A stretch of 64,000 nucleotides of DNA, taken from contig OZ220691.1 in the NCBI GenBank assembly GCA_965116475.1, forward strand, positions 864,001-928,000, written 5' to 3'. Below the pieces are notes generated by a model. That model had not been told where the DNA came from. It ran no database searches and saw only the letters and a list, made by a program, of their open reading frames with translations. Numbering within the stretch: the stretch's first letter is position 1; the number at the start of each line of letters is the position of its first letter. A program made the translations under genes and the position numbers. The DNA is from Gemmatimonadota bacterium (GTDB lineage Bacteria > Gemmatimonadota > Gemmatimonadetes > Palauibacterales > Palauibacteraceae). Of this stretch, positions 19,685-29,685 are shown piece after piece.

Positions 19685-20407
19685 CTACCCGCCTTCGCGG
19701 TCGCGCAGGTCGGCGAGCGCGTCGGTGTCGATCGCGTCCCGAAGCGCGTGGAGTTCGTCGATCGTCAGGTTCCGCCCCTCCAGCGCGACGACGAAGCGAT
19801 CCTCGATGAACCAGGTGAACTCCGCGCGGCCGCGGTCGCCCCGCGTGCGGCGGAACTCCTCGATGGCCGGATAGCCCTCGTAGTCGATCGTGCGCTCCCA
19901 CCCCCGGTCGCTCTCCTGGTCGACCGAGAGATCGAGCCACTCCACGAAGCCCTCTGCGCCGATCAGCGGAATCGCGCCGATATCGGCGATGGAGACTTCG
20001 ACTTCGGCCCCGCTTCTCCCCTCGTACTCGGCTTCGGCCACGGACAGGTGGAACCCCAGGACTCCGCCCGTCGTGCCCTCGCGCGAGACCCGTCGCAGGT
20101 CCCCCGCCCGTTCGGGGAGAAGATCGTAGAAGTCGCGGAAGGAGATCGGTCGATCGACCAGCGTCTCCGCATCCAGGTCCACGGCGAGGTCGGACAGGTG
20201 CTCGCCGATCTCCTCCACCGCGTCGCTGATGCCGGCGGCGATGTCGTCGGCGGCATCGCGCAGATCTTCCCGCACTTCCTCCGCCTCGTCCCGAGACTCG
20301 TTGTCGCCGACGAAGATGCAGCCCGCCGGCACGAGACCGCAGAACAGGACGCCCGCGAGGGCGATCCGCCCCGAAGGACGGCCGAGAGAGCGATGATTCC
20401 AGTACAT
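19685..20407 (-). CDS. Hypothetical lipoprotein
   Basis: GGAGGAAAGAG before ATG, lipobox PAGC, acidic helix followed by an alpha/beta region. Confidence 0.72.
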   Translation of the reverse strand: MYWNHRSLGRPSGRIALAGVLFCGLVPAGCIFVGDNESRDEAEEVREDLRDAADDIAAGISDAVEEIGEHLSDLAVDLDAETLVDRPISFRDFYDLLPERAGDLRRVSREGTTGGVLGFHLSVAEAEYEGRSGAEVEVSIADIGAIPLIGAEGFVEWLDLSVDQESDRGWERTIDYEGYPAIEEFRRTRGDRGRAEFTWFIEDRFVVALEGRNLTIDELHALRDAIDTDALADLRDREGG

Positions 20408-20568
20408 CTCTTTCCTCCAGACGCTGAACGCAGGGTGTTACGGTGCCTGTGCGCGCTTTACGCGCCGCGCCGTGGGGAAGTGTCAGGCGGTGGACTGGCG
20501 ACCCCGCGCGTCGGCGCCGGCCCCCCCGGGCCGTTGACCGGCGACCCGGGCGGTTCGATGGTGTTGCC

Positions 20569-22785
20569 ATGAACCGCCGCCCGTCCCGTTCCGCCGTTTC
20601 GCCGAAGGCTCGCATCGCGGCGCTGGCTCGCGATGACAAGTGGTTCCTGGGCGGGTTGGACGGCGTCGTATGGGCGCCGCCGTTCCCGCGGTGGCTCCAC
20701 CGGCCGGGGTTCTGGGATCCGGCTCACCTGCTGCAGCATGAAGTCGGCCCCGGGTTCTCGGTGGCCCTCGTAGCCTCGGACGGGCGAGAGAGCCCGCTCC
20801 GTCGAGCGGCGCCCGGTCGGGGCGGTGACGGGCCGGCGCCGGACAGGTGGCGGCCCGGACGGCTGGTCGCCATGTGGGCCGATGAGCGAGGCGTCCTCGC
20901 CGAAGAGCGCCGCCAGGTGCTGCCGGGCGGCATCCTGGAATCGGCCTGGCACCTCCCCCGCGACTTCGAGGGACACCTCGTCGGCTTCACCGCGCAACCG
21001 GCGGATGCGACGGACGGGGTGGCGTTCACGGCGGACGGCGTGGGCTGGACGCGGACCGTCTCGGACCGGCGCGGGCAGGAACTCGTCCTGCGCGTGGAAC
21101 TCACGGGTTCCGTCCCGCCGGCGTGGCGGCGCATCGCACCGTCCGAGGGTCGCGTCGCGCCCGCATGGGTCCAGTCGCCCTTCGCGGAGGGTGTCGGAGG
21201 GGGTGCGGAGGACGCCGCGCGCCGTTCCGGGTGGATCTGGATCGCCGTCGCGCTTCCGATGCCGTCGATCAACGGCGGCTCAGCGGCGTTCCGGCTGACT
21301 CTCCGCCTTCCGGGCGCGGAACCCCGACGCCCGGATCCGGCGGCCTCGGCCTGGGAGTCCTTCTTCGGCGGTTTCCCGCATTTCGAGTGCGGCGACCTTT
21401 ATCTCGACCGCACGTTCGACTACCGCATCTACGGGCTCGGCCTGAACCGCATCGAAGGTCCATGGGGCCCGGTGCGGCGCCCCGCCATCGCCGAGGGTCC
21501 GGAGTACTTTCACGTCCCGGTCGCCTACAGCGCGCAGTGCCACATGATGGAAATGCGCTGGCGGGAGGGCGGGCGCGAAGCCTGGGGCTCGCTCCTGAAT
21601 TTCGTAGACAACCAGAAGCCCGACGGCTCCTTCCACGGGCGCCTCTACCCCGAGCGCCTCGAGGGAACCGACTTCTACCACGCCAACTGGGGCGACGCGC
21701 TGCTCGCGGTCGACGACGTGCATCCGGATCCGGCGGCGCTGGCCCGCTGCTACGAGGGGCTGTCGCGCTACGCCCGCTGGCTGACGGCGGAGCGCGACCC
21801 CGAGGCGTCGGGGATGTTCACCGTCACGAACCACTTCGAGACGGGACAGGAGTACATGTCGCGCTACATGGCCGTGGACGGGGAGGCGGACGTGGCGGGG
21901 TGGCGTCCGCGGCTCCGCCTCAAGGGGATCGACGTCACGGTGTACGCGCACCAGCTGTTCCGCGCCCTCGCCTCCGTGGCGCGCCGCCTCGAGCGCCCCG
22001 GCGACGAGGTCGAATGGCGCGGGCTCGAGGATCGCTGCAGGAGGGCGATCGACGAGCGCATGTGGTCGCCGGAGGCCCGGCTGTTCACGGACGTGGACGG
22101 GCGCACCGGCGAGCGGACCGGCGTGAAGGCGGCGGTGGGATTCTACCCGCTGCTCACCGGAGGGGTAGAGGGCGCGCGGCTCGATGCCCTGCTCGATCAC
22201 CTCGAGGATCCGGGGACCTTCGGCACGCGCTTCCCCCTGCCTTCGTCCAGCGTAGACGATCCGCGATTCTCGGCGGAGGGCATCTGGCGCGGGAAGCGCC
22301 GTAACTGCCCGTGGAACGGACGCGCCTGGCCGATGACGACGAGCCACGTGATCGAAGGGCTCCTGCGCTGCTGGCGCGGCGGGAACGCGCGGGGGAACGC
22401 GCGGGCCGGCGCGCTGGCGGCCGACATGCTCCACCGCTTCGCGCGCATGCTGTTCACCGATGGCGATCCCTCGCGCCCCAACTGCTTCGAGCACTACAAC
22501 CCGCACACGGGGCGGGCGTGCCACTACCGGGGGATTGACGACTACCAGCACTCGTGGATCCTCGACCTGCTGGCGCGCGGATTCGGCGGGCTTCACGTAG
22601 ACGCGTCGGGCGTCGAAGTGCGGCCGCTGCCGAACGGTCCCGCGCGCGTGTCGCTGGGACCGGTGATCGCGCGGGGGCGCACCGTGTCCATCGAGGTGGC
22701 GCCCGAACGGGTGCGCGTCGAGGTGGACGGCGAGCGGCTCGACGGGCCGCGCGCCGAAGGCTTGCGGGTGCCGTGGGACTCGTGA
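20569..22785 (+). CDS. MGH1/GH63-like (alpha/alpha)6 glycoside hydrolase
   Basis: ETGQEY, GFYPLL, WNGRAWP, CFEHYNP. Start set at ATG 20569. Confidence 0.72.
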   Translation: MNRRPSRSAVSPKARIAALARDDKWFLGGLDGVVWAPPFPRWLHRPGFWDPAHLLQHEVGPGFSVALVASDGRESPLRRAAPGRGGDGPAPDRWRPGRLVAMWADERGVLAEERRQVLPGGILESAWHLPRDFEGHLVGFTAQPADATDGVAFTADGVGWTRTVSDRRGQELVLRVELTGSVPPAWRRIAPSEGRVAPAWVQSPFAEGVGGGAEDAARRSGWIWIAVALPMPSINGGSAAFRLTLRLPGAEPRRPDPAASAWESFFGGFPHFECGDLYLDRTFDYRIYGLGLNRIEGPWGPVRRPAIAEGPEYFHVPVAYSAQCHMMEMRWREGGREAWGSLLNFVDNQKPDGSFHGRLYPERLEGTDFYHANWGDALLAVDDVHPDPAALARCYEGLSRYARWLTAERDPEASGMFTVTNHFETGQEYMSRYMAVDGEADVAGWRPRLRLKGIDVTVYAHQLFRALASVARRLERPGDEVEWRGLEDRCRRAIDERMWSPEARLFTDVDGRTGERTGVKAAVGFYPLLTGGVEGARLDALLDHLEDPGTFGTRFPLPSSSVDDPRFSAEGIWRGKRRNCPWNGRAWPMTTSHVIEGLLRCWRGGNARGNARAGALAADMLHRFARMLFTDGDPSRPNCFEHYNPHTGRACHYRGIDDYQHSWILDLLARGFGGLHVDASGVEVRPLPNGPARVSLGPVIARGRTVSIEVAPERVRVEVDGERLDGPRAEGLRVPWDS

Positions 22786-23915
22786 CGCGCGCGCCGCAGG
22801 GCGTGGAGCTGCGCGGCGTCGAGAAGCGATACGGCGAGATCGCGGCCGTCCGGGCGCTGGATCTGGAGGTCCGGCCGGGAGAGCTGGCGGTGCTGGTGGG
22901 GCCCTCGGGGTGCGGGAAGAGCACGCTGCTGCGCCTTATCGCCGGGCTCGTCGAACCCACCTCGGGAGAGGTGTGGATCGGGGGACGGCGCGTGGACGAT
23001 GTCGAGCCGGGCGCTCGCGACGTGGCCATGGTGTTCCAGAGCTACGCGCTCTACCCGCATATGACCGTGGCCGCGAATCTGGGCTTCGGCCTGCGTGTGC
23101 GGGGCACGCCGCGCGACGAGCTCGAGCGGCGGGTGGAGGAGACCGCCGCCACGCTCGGCCTCTCCGACCTGCTGTCGCGGAGGCCGGGCGAGCTGTCCGG
23201 CGGACAGCGTCAGCGGGTGGCCCTGGGACGCGCCATGGTGCGCGATCCCGGCGTATTCCTCTTCGACGAACCGCTCTCGAACCTGGACGCGGAGCTGCGG
23301 CTGCGGACGCGCGACGAGATCGCGGCTCTGCACCGGCGCCTCGGCACGACGATGATCTTCGTGACGCACGACCAGGTGGAAGCGCTGTCCCTCGGCCAGC
23401 GGGTCGCGGTGATGGACCGTGGCCGACTCCAGCAGGTGGGTACGCCGGATGAGGTCTACCGCCGACCCGCCAACCTGTTTGTGGCGGGCTTCGTGGGGTC
23501 GCCGCCCATCAACCGCATCCCTCTGTCGCGCGACGAACGAGGGTGCCTCGCGGGCGGTCCGTTCACCCTGCGCGCGCCGTCGTACCTCGACCGGGCGACG
23601 CTGGGCGTGCGGCCGGAGGACCTCGCCATAGTCCCCGCGGGGGCGCAGGATTCAAGCGAGGCGGGCGACGCCACCGAAGCGGGCGACTTCCGGGCCGTCG
23701 TGCTCCGCGTGGAGGCGCTGGGCAGCGAGCAGCGCCTGCACCTGGACGGCCCCGGCGACGCGGCCTGGGTGGCGCGCGCGGGCCCCGTCCTTCGGATCGC
23801 CCCCGGGGACCGGGTGAACGCGTCGGTCGCGTGGGAGCGCAGCCACCTGTTCGGTCCGGATGGCCGCCGCGAGGAGGCCGCGCCGCGACCGATGGACCGG
23901 GCGGGCCCCCGATGA
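22782..23915 (+). CDS. Carbohydrate ABC transporter ATP-binding protein (MalK/UgpC family)
   Basis: GPSGCGKST, MVFQSYALYPHMTV, LSGGQRQR, FLFDEPLSNLD, VTHDQVEA; GTGA overlap. Confidence 0.95.
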   Translation: MTRAPQGVELRGVEKRYGEIAAVRALDLEVRPGELAVLVGPSGCGKSTLLRLIAGLVEPTSGEVWIGGRRVDDVEPGARDVAMVFQSYALYPHMTVAANLGFGLRVRGTPRDELERRVEETAATLGLSDLLSRRPGELSGGQRQRVALGRAMVRDPGVFLFDEPLSNLDAELRLRTRDEIAALHRRLGTTMIFVTHDQVEALSLGQRVAVMDRGRLQQVGTPDEVYRRPANLFVAGFVGSPPINRIPLSRDERGCLAGGPFTLRAPSYLDRATLGVRPEDLAIVPAGAQDSSEAGDATEAGDFRAVVLRVEALGSEQRLHLDGPGDAAWVARAGPVLRIAPGDRVNASVAWERSHLFGPDGRREEAAPRPMDRAGPR

Positions 23916-25231
23916 CGCGCCCCCGGCCGGGCACCCGCAGATCCCTGCCGGCCACCACCGCTCGCGGCGTGGTCTGCGCCGCCCTCATCCTTGGGGCGGT
24001 CGGCTGCGCGCCCAGCGAATCGGACATCGTGCTGCGCGTGGCCCTTTGGGCCGGGGGGCACGAACTCGAGATCGAGCGGCAGGTGGCCGACCGCTACGAG
24101 GCGCAGCACCCCGGCGTCCGCATCGCGCTCGAATCAGCCCCCAACGGATACGAGGAGCGCCTGCTGACCTCGATCGCGGCGGGGCGTCCGCCGGACGTCT
24201 ACCTCATGGACTCGCCGGACATCCCGACCTTCGTGGAGCGCGGGCTGGCGCTGGACCTCGCGCCGTACGAGGAGGCGCTCGGCTGGCGGCCGGACAGCGT
24301 GTTCAGGCAGGTGGCGGACGCGTTTCGCCGGGGCGCGTCGATGTTCGCGCTGCCGAAGGACTTTACGCCGATGGTCCTGTACGCGAACCGGACCGTGCTC
24401 GCCGCCGCCGGCGTCGAAGACCTTCTGCCCGCGGCGAACTGGACCTGGACGGACTTCCGGCAGGCCGCGGAGGCGGTCGTCGCGGACGCCGACGGCGACG
24501 GCCGCGACGACGTGTTCGGGTTCGACTTCCCGCGCAACCTGTACCAGTGGGTTCCATTCGTGTGGTCGGCGGGCGGCGACATCCTCGCGCCCGGCGGCGG
24601 CACGGCGGCAGGCTACCTGGACGGGCCGGAAGCGCTGCAGGCCTACCGCTTCCTCACGGCTCTGGCGGAGGACGGCCTCACGCCGGGCGCGCAGTTCGTG
24701 CAGCAGGGAGACCCCGCGCGGGAGGCGCGCTTCGCATCGGGCGGACAGGCGTTCCTGCTCTCGGGCCACTGGACGCTCCCCGTGTTCCGCGACCTGGTGG
24801 AAACGGGCGACCTGGACCTGGCCATCGTCCCCATCCCGCACCATCCCTCGCGGACAGCAGCGACCAGCGTGCTGTACGCGTCCGGGTGGGCCGTGCCGCC
24901 GAACGCGACGCACCTGCGCCGGGCCATCGACCTGGCCGGCTTCCTCGCCTCGCCCGACGCGCAGCGCATCCGGGCGCGGTCGGGACTCGCCATTCCGTCG
25001 CGGATGGATGTGGCGGCCGAGATCGCGGCGGCGGACGGCACGGGAGTGGAGCGTGCGTTCGTCGAGTTGGTCGAGGGCGCGCGGATGACGTGGGGCGCCC
25101 GCGTGCGCGACTTCTCCCGCATCGAGGCGCTGGCGGTGGAGATCATGGACCGCCGCCTGATTCGGGGAGAGCCCCTCGCAGCGAGCGCCGCGGACGTGGC
25201 CCGCCGCATCGACGCGGAGCTGGGGCGGTGA
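23912..25231 (+). CDS. Sugar ABC transporter substrate-binding lipoprotein (family 1)
   Basis: Lipobox AVGC, IAAGRPPDVY, ALPKDFTPMVLYAN, WTWTDF; ATGA overlap. Confidence 0.88.
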   Translation: MTRPRPGTRRSLPATTARGVVCAALILGAVGCAPSESDIVLRVALWAGGHELEIERQVADRYEAQHPGVRIALESAPNGYEERLLTSIAAGRPPDVYLMDSPDIPTFVERGLALDLAPYEEALGWRPDSVFRQVADAFRRGASMFALPKDFTPMVLYANRTVLAAAGVEDLLPAANWTWTDFRQAAEAVVADADGDGRDDVFGFDFPRNLYQWVPFVWSAGGDILAPGGGTAAGYLDGPEALQAYRFLTALAEDGLTPGAQFVQQGDPAREARFASGGQAFLLSGHWTLPVFRDLVETGDLDLAIVPIPHHPSRTAATSVLYASGWAVPPNATHLRRAIDLAGFLASPDAQRIRARSGLAIPSRMDVAAEIAAADGTGVERAFVELVEGARMTWGARVRDFSRIEALAVEIMDRRLIRGEPLAASAADVARRIDAELGR

Positions 25232-27009
25232 GCCGCGCGCGGCAACCGGCCCTCGCCGCCCTTGCCGCCGTCGTCCTGGCCGCCGGGCTGGCGCTGGTGC
25301 TGGCCGTCGGCGCCGGCCGCGGGCACAGCGTCCGCGTGGATTCGGCCGAAGCCGAAGCGCGCATGGCGGCCGCGCTGTGGGAGGAGGCGGGCGGCGCCCG
25401 GGCGGTCACCGCACTGCTCGGTGAACGAGCGACGATCCTCGGCGCGGGCGCCGGAGGCGACGGGGCGGGGGCATACGCGTACGAGGCCGGCACCCTCGAG
25501 CCCGCCGCCTGGATCGCGGTCGCGCCGCGCCGCGCGTACGGCCCGCTGGGGGCCCTCCCCGGCGCGGCCGGCGCCATCGCGCTGGCGGGCGCCGCGCTCA
25601 TCGCCGGCTGGGCCGCGGGCCGGCGCCGCGGGCCGGCCCGTTCTCGCTACCCGGGGGGCATCGCGCTCCTCTCCATCGGCTGCGTCGCCCTGGCGGCGGC
25701 CGTCACCGGGCGGTGGGCGGACCGCGAACTCCGATCGCTGAGCGCCGCCACGGTGGCCCAGGGGGCACAAGCGGTCGAGCGGGCCCTGGCGAGCGGCGCG
25801 GAGCCGGCCCGCGCCGCCCGGGTCGCCCACCTCCCCTGGGCCGAGGACCACTCGCTGGAGGCCACCGGCGAGCAATGGACCATGCCGCCTGAAGTCGCGG
25901 CGGCCATCGCCGCCTCGCCCGACCGAGCCACGCAGCCCGCCGGCACGCCCGCGGGGACGCCGTACACGGTGGAAGCGGGCGGCGCCACGTGGCACGCGGC
26001 CCGCGCCGCCGACATCCACGTCGCGTTCCTCGGCTACGAGCGTACCGCCTCGCCCGCCCTCGCGCTGGCCGCCGCGGCCGCGCTCGCCACCCTGCTGGTC
26101 GCGCTGGCGCTCCACCTCGTGCAACTCGCGGCCCGTCCCCGCGTCCTGCGCCGAACCCTCGCGGCGTGGGGCCTCCTCGCGCCGGCCGCGGCCCTCATCC
26201 TCGCGTTCACGCTCGGGCCGCTCCTCTTCTCCCTCTGGATCTCGCTGCACGAGTGGCGCCTCATCGATCCCGCGCCGCTCTTCCTCGGATTCGACAACTA
26301 CGCGGCGCTGCTCGGCGACGGCGAGTGGTGGTCGGCGATCGGGAACACGGCGCTGTTCACGCTGCACGTGCCCGCCGCGATGGCCGTCGCCCTCGCCCTC
26401 GCGCTCCTCACCCGGGGGTCGCGCCGCGCCGCGCGCTGGGCCCGGCTCGCCCTCTTCCTCCCCGGCATCACGAGCGTGGCGGCGATCGCCGTGGTGTGGA
26501 AGTGGCTGCTCAGCGACCGGTACGGGCTGCTGAACCGGGGCCTGGAGCGCATCGGGCTCGAGTCCGTCCCGTGGCTCAGCTCGCCCGACACCGCGCTGAT
26601 CAGCCTGATGCTGATCGGCATCTGGATGGTGGTGGGCTACCAGATGGTCGTCTTCCAGGCGGGCCTCGCCGCGATCCCGCGCGACTGGTACGACGCGGCC
26701 CGGGTCGACGGCGCGGGGCCGTGGCAGCGCCTCCGCCACGTCACCCTGCCCGGCCTGCGCCACACGCTGTTCTTCGTGCTCGTCACGTCCGTCATCGGGT
26801 CCTTCCAGGTGTTCGGACTCGTCTACGTGATGACCGAGGGCGGCCCGCTGGGCGCCACTGACGTCGCCGTATATCACATCTACCGCGAGGCGTGGGAGTT
26901 CCTGCAGTTCGGCAACGCGGCGGCGATGAGCTGGATGCTGTTCGCCGTCGTGTTCGCCGCCACGTGGCTGCACTTCCGCTTCCTCGATACGCGGCGCGCC
27001 CATGGCTGA
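25228..27009 (+). CDS. Carbohydrate ABC permease with a long N-terminal extension
   Basis: C-terminal MalF/UgpA-type permease (FLGFDNY, IPRDWYDAARVDGAGPWQ, IGSFQVF); GTGA overlap. Confidence 0.85.
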   Translation: MSRARQPALAALAAVVLAAGLALVLAVGAGRGHSVRVDSAEAEARMAAALWEEAGGARAVTALLGERATILGAGAGGDGAGAYAYEAGTLEPAAWIAVAPRRAYGPLGALPGAAGAIALAGAALIAGWAAGRRRGPARSRYPGGIALLSIGCVALAAAVTGRWADRELRSLSAATVAQGAQAVERALASGAEPARAARVAHLPWAEDHSLEATGEQWTMPPEVAAAIAASPDRATQPAGTPAGTPYTVEAGGATWHAARAADIHVAFLGYERTASPALALAAAAALATLLVALALHLVQLAARPRVLRRTLAAWGLLAPAAALILAFTLGPLLFSLWISLHEWRLIDPAPLFLGFDNYAALLGDGEWWSAIGNTALFTLHVPAAMAVALALALLTRGSRRAARWARLALFLPGITSVAAIAVVWKWLLSDRYGLLNRGLERIGLESVPWLSSPDTALISLMLIGIWMVVGYQMVVFQAGLAAIPRDWYDAARVDGAGPWQRLRHVTLPGLRHTLFFVLVTSVIGSFQVFGLVYVMTEGGPLGATDVAVYHIYREAWEFLQFGNAAAMSWMLFAVVFAATWLHFRFLDTRRAHG

Positions 27010-27823
27010 CCGCGCGGTCGCGCCCCGGACGGCGCGGGGGCTCCTGCTCGCCGCGGCCTGCCTCGTCATGGCCGCGCCCTTCGCGTGGATGGCGCTCACG
27101 AGCCTCATGGGACAGCTCGAGGTGTTCGCCGGCGGGAGCCTCCTGCCGCGGCCGCCGCGGTGGTCCAACTATCCGGAGGCGCTGACGGTCCAGCCCTTCG
27201 GGCGCTACTTCCTGAATTCGGCCCTGTTCGCGACCGCGGTGGCGGCGGGCCAGGTCGCGACCTCGGCCACGGCCGGGTACGCCTTCGCCCGCCTCGACTT
27301 CCCGGGACGGGACGGGCTCTTCATGCTCTTCCTGTCGACGATGATGGTGCCCGCGGTCGTCGTCCTCATCCCCCGTTTCCTCGTCATCGAGGCCCTCGGC
27401 TGGATCGACACCTACCAGGGACTCATCTCCACGGAACTCGTCTCGGTGTGGGGCATATTTCTCATGCGCCAGTACTTCCGGACGGTGCCGCGCGAGCTGG
27501 AAGACGCCGCGCGCGTGGACGGCGCCGGGCGGGTGCGCATCTTCTGGAGCGTCGCCCTGCCGCTCGCGAAGCCCGCCGTGGCCACGCTCGCCCTGTTCGC
27601 GTTCGTCGACGCGTGGAAGAACCTGCTGTGGCCGCTCCTCGTGACCCGCTCCACGGAGATGCGGGTCGTCGAGGTGGGGATCGCCGCCTTCCATTCGACC
27701 TACGAGATCAACTGGCCCTACCAGATGGCGGCCGGCGTCGCCGCCGTGCTGCCCATCGCCCTCCTCTTCCTCTTCACCCAGCGGTACTTCGTGCGCGGCA
27801 TCCAACTGGAAGGCATCCGCTAG
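27002..27823 (+). CDS. Carbohydrate ABC permease (MalG/UgpE family)
   Basis: AGYAFARLDFPG, PRELEDAARVDGA EAA loop, FTQRYFVRGI. Confidence 0.94.
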   Translation: MADRAVAPRTARGLLLAAACLVMAAPFAWMALTSLMGQLEVFAGGSLLPRPPRWSNYPEALTVQPFGRYFLNSALFATAVAAGQVATSATAGYAFARLDFPGRDGLFMLFLSTMMVPAVVVLIPRFLVIEALGWIDTYQGLISTELVSVWGIFLMRQYFRTVPRELEDAARVDGAGRVRIFWSVALPLAKPAVATLALFAFVDAWKNLLWPLLVTRSTEMRVVEVGIAAFHSTYEINWPYQMAAGVAAVLPIALLFLFTQRYFVRGIQLEGIR

Positions 27824-27824
27824 C

Positions 27825-29675
27825 GTGATGCGGGTCGGGGCGCTCGAGGCGCGGCGCTGGGCCGGGCTCGTGTTTGCGGCCGGGCACGGCGAGGGGATCG
27901 GCCTCCGCCTCGTCTTCACCACACCTGACGGCGAGCGGCGGGAGTTGGAGGACTGGTACTGGATGGTCTCCCGTGTCGGTCCCCACGCGCCGGATGGATC
28001 CTACGCGCGCATGGAGTTCGACCTCGCCGCCGAGACGTCGGCGGACTCCCGCCCTGCGCGGAGCACGCTCATACTGGAGTGGTCGCGGCGCGAGAATGCC
28101 GTGGCATTGCGGGCGGTGGCGCGAGCGCCGGGCCGTGTGGCGTTGGTGGGGGACGATCCGTGGGGGTGGAAGACGACGTGGGAGAAAGCGTCCGAAGGCT
28201 GGCGGGCCGCGCTGGAAGGCATGGAGATCGCCGCCGCCTTCGCGCCTCGGGCGGGGGAACGCGCGGCCACGGTGGTCGCATGGGAGCCGCGAGGGGCGCC
28301 GTCCGGATCCACGGCCGCTCTGGACCGCGCCCAGCGCCTTCTCCCGGAGGTGGACCGCTGGATCGACGACGCGCGCGCCGACTGGGACCGTCGCCGTCCA
28401 CGTGGGTCGGGGGCCGCGGAAGGACTCGTCGAAGCCGTTGCTGACCACGCGGTGTGGAATGTCCTCCTCCAGCCGGAAACCGGACGCCTGTACGCGCCGG
28501 CGGGTCGTCGCTGGATCTTCCCGAAGCCCCGGCGCGCTGTACGGGAAGAGCCGCCCGGGCCCGACGACTGGACGGTGTTCGGGTGGGATTCCTTCTTCAA
28601 CGCGCTCGCGCTCGCCACCGCGTCGGGGCGGTTGGCGTGGGAGGTGCTCCTCGCCGGGCTCGAGTCGCGCTATCCGAACGGGAACGTGCCCAACTGGAGG
28701 AGCCGGCGCGGGGGCACGCCCGACCGCTCCCAGCCCCCGATCGGGTCGTTCGCCGCCTTGAAGCTGCACCTCACCTGCCCTGACGAGGACGCACTGGCGG
28801 CGGCCTGGACAGGGCTTCGCGCGTGGAACGACTGGTGGGTGGCGGACAAGGGCGGACGCCCGCGCCGCGAGGGCCTCACCCCGGGACTGCTGGCGTGGGG
28901 CTCGGATGCGGCGCTGATTCCGCCATGCAAACAGCTTCCGGAGTGGGAGGTGGGCGCCGGCGGCCACCAGCGCGCGGCGTGGGAGTCGGGCCAGGACGAC
29001 CTGCCGCTGTGGGAGGAGGCGGAATGGGATCCGGAGCGGGAAGTCCTCGCCATGTCCGCCGTCGATCTGTGCAGCTACCGCGCGCTGGACCTCGAATGCC
29101 TGGCGCGGATCGCCGCCATCCTGGGCGACTCGGCGGAGGCGGAGCGGCTGGAGGCCGAGCGCCGCCGGCTGGTCGCGACGATGAACCGGGTGCTGTGGTC
29201 CGAAGCCGCCGGGCTCTACCTGGACGAGCTGCCTGCCGGTCGCTCTCCTCGTGTGGCGGCGTCGAACTTCCTTCCCCTGATCGCCGGCGTGCCGTCAACG
29301 CGGCGGGCGCGGCGCATGATCGGCGTGCTGCGCGACCCCGCGCGCTTCCGGGGACAGTGGATGCTGCCCACCATCTCGCGCGACGACCCGGCGTTCGAGG
29401 ACCAGCAGTACTGGCGCGGCTCCATCTGGCCGCCCATGAATTACCTCGTGCTGCAGGGACTGCGGCGGTACAGGTTCGACGAACTCGCAAACGAACTGGC
29501 ATGGAAGGGGGCGCTCATGTTCCTCGCCGACCTCCGGCGCACGGGGTTCTGCCGCGAGAACTTCGACGCGCGCAGCGGTCGGGGGCGGGGGCACCGCTTC
29601 CAGAGCTGGGGACCGCTGTTCGCGCTCGGCGCGATCGAGGAGACCGTCAACGGCTGTCCATGGCGCGGACGGTAG
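27825..29675 (+). CDS. MGH1/GH63-like glycoside hydrolase
   Basis: VFGWDSFF, RSQPP, WESGQDD, YWRGSIWPPMNY, CRENFD. Confidence 0.82.
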   Translation: MMRVGALEARRWAGLVFAAGHGEGIGLRLVFTTPDGERRELEDWYWMVSRVGPHAPDGSYARMEFDLAAETSADSRPARSTLILEWSRRENAVALRAVARAPGRVALVGDDPWGWKTTWEKASEGWRAALEGMEIAAAFAPRAGERAATVVAWEPRGAPSGSTAALDRAQRLLPEVDRWIDDARADWDRRRPRGSGAAEGLVEAVADHAVWNVLLQPETGRLYAPAGRRWIFPKPRRAVREEPPGPDDWTVFGWDSFFNALALATASGRLAWEVLLAGLESRYPNGNVPNWRSRRGGTPDRSQPPIGSFAALKLHLTCPDEDALAAAWTGLRAWNDWWVADKGGRPRREGLTPGLLAWGSDAALIPPCKQLPEWEVGAGGHQRAAWESGQDDLPLWEEAEWDPEREVLAMSAVDLCSYRALDLECLARIAAILGDSAEAERLEAERRRLVATMNRVLWSEAAGLYLDELPAGRSPRVAASNFLPLIAGVPSTRRARRMIGVLRDPARFRGQWMLPTISRDDPAFEDQQYWRGSIWPPMNYLVLQGLRRYRFDELANELAWKGALMFLADLRRTGFCRENFDARSGRGRGHRFQSWGPLFALGAIEETVNGCPWRGR

Positions 29676-29685
29676 GGTCGTCCCG

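Noticed and set aside
23860-25227. Apparent 1049-aa permease starting at 23860
   Set aside because: The first 456 codons are an R/G/P-rich off-frame read of the SBP gene; the GTGA overlap supports 25228.
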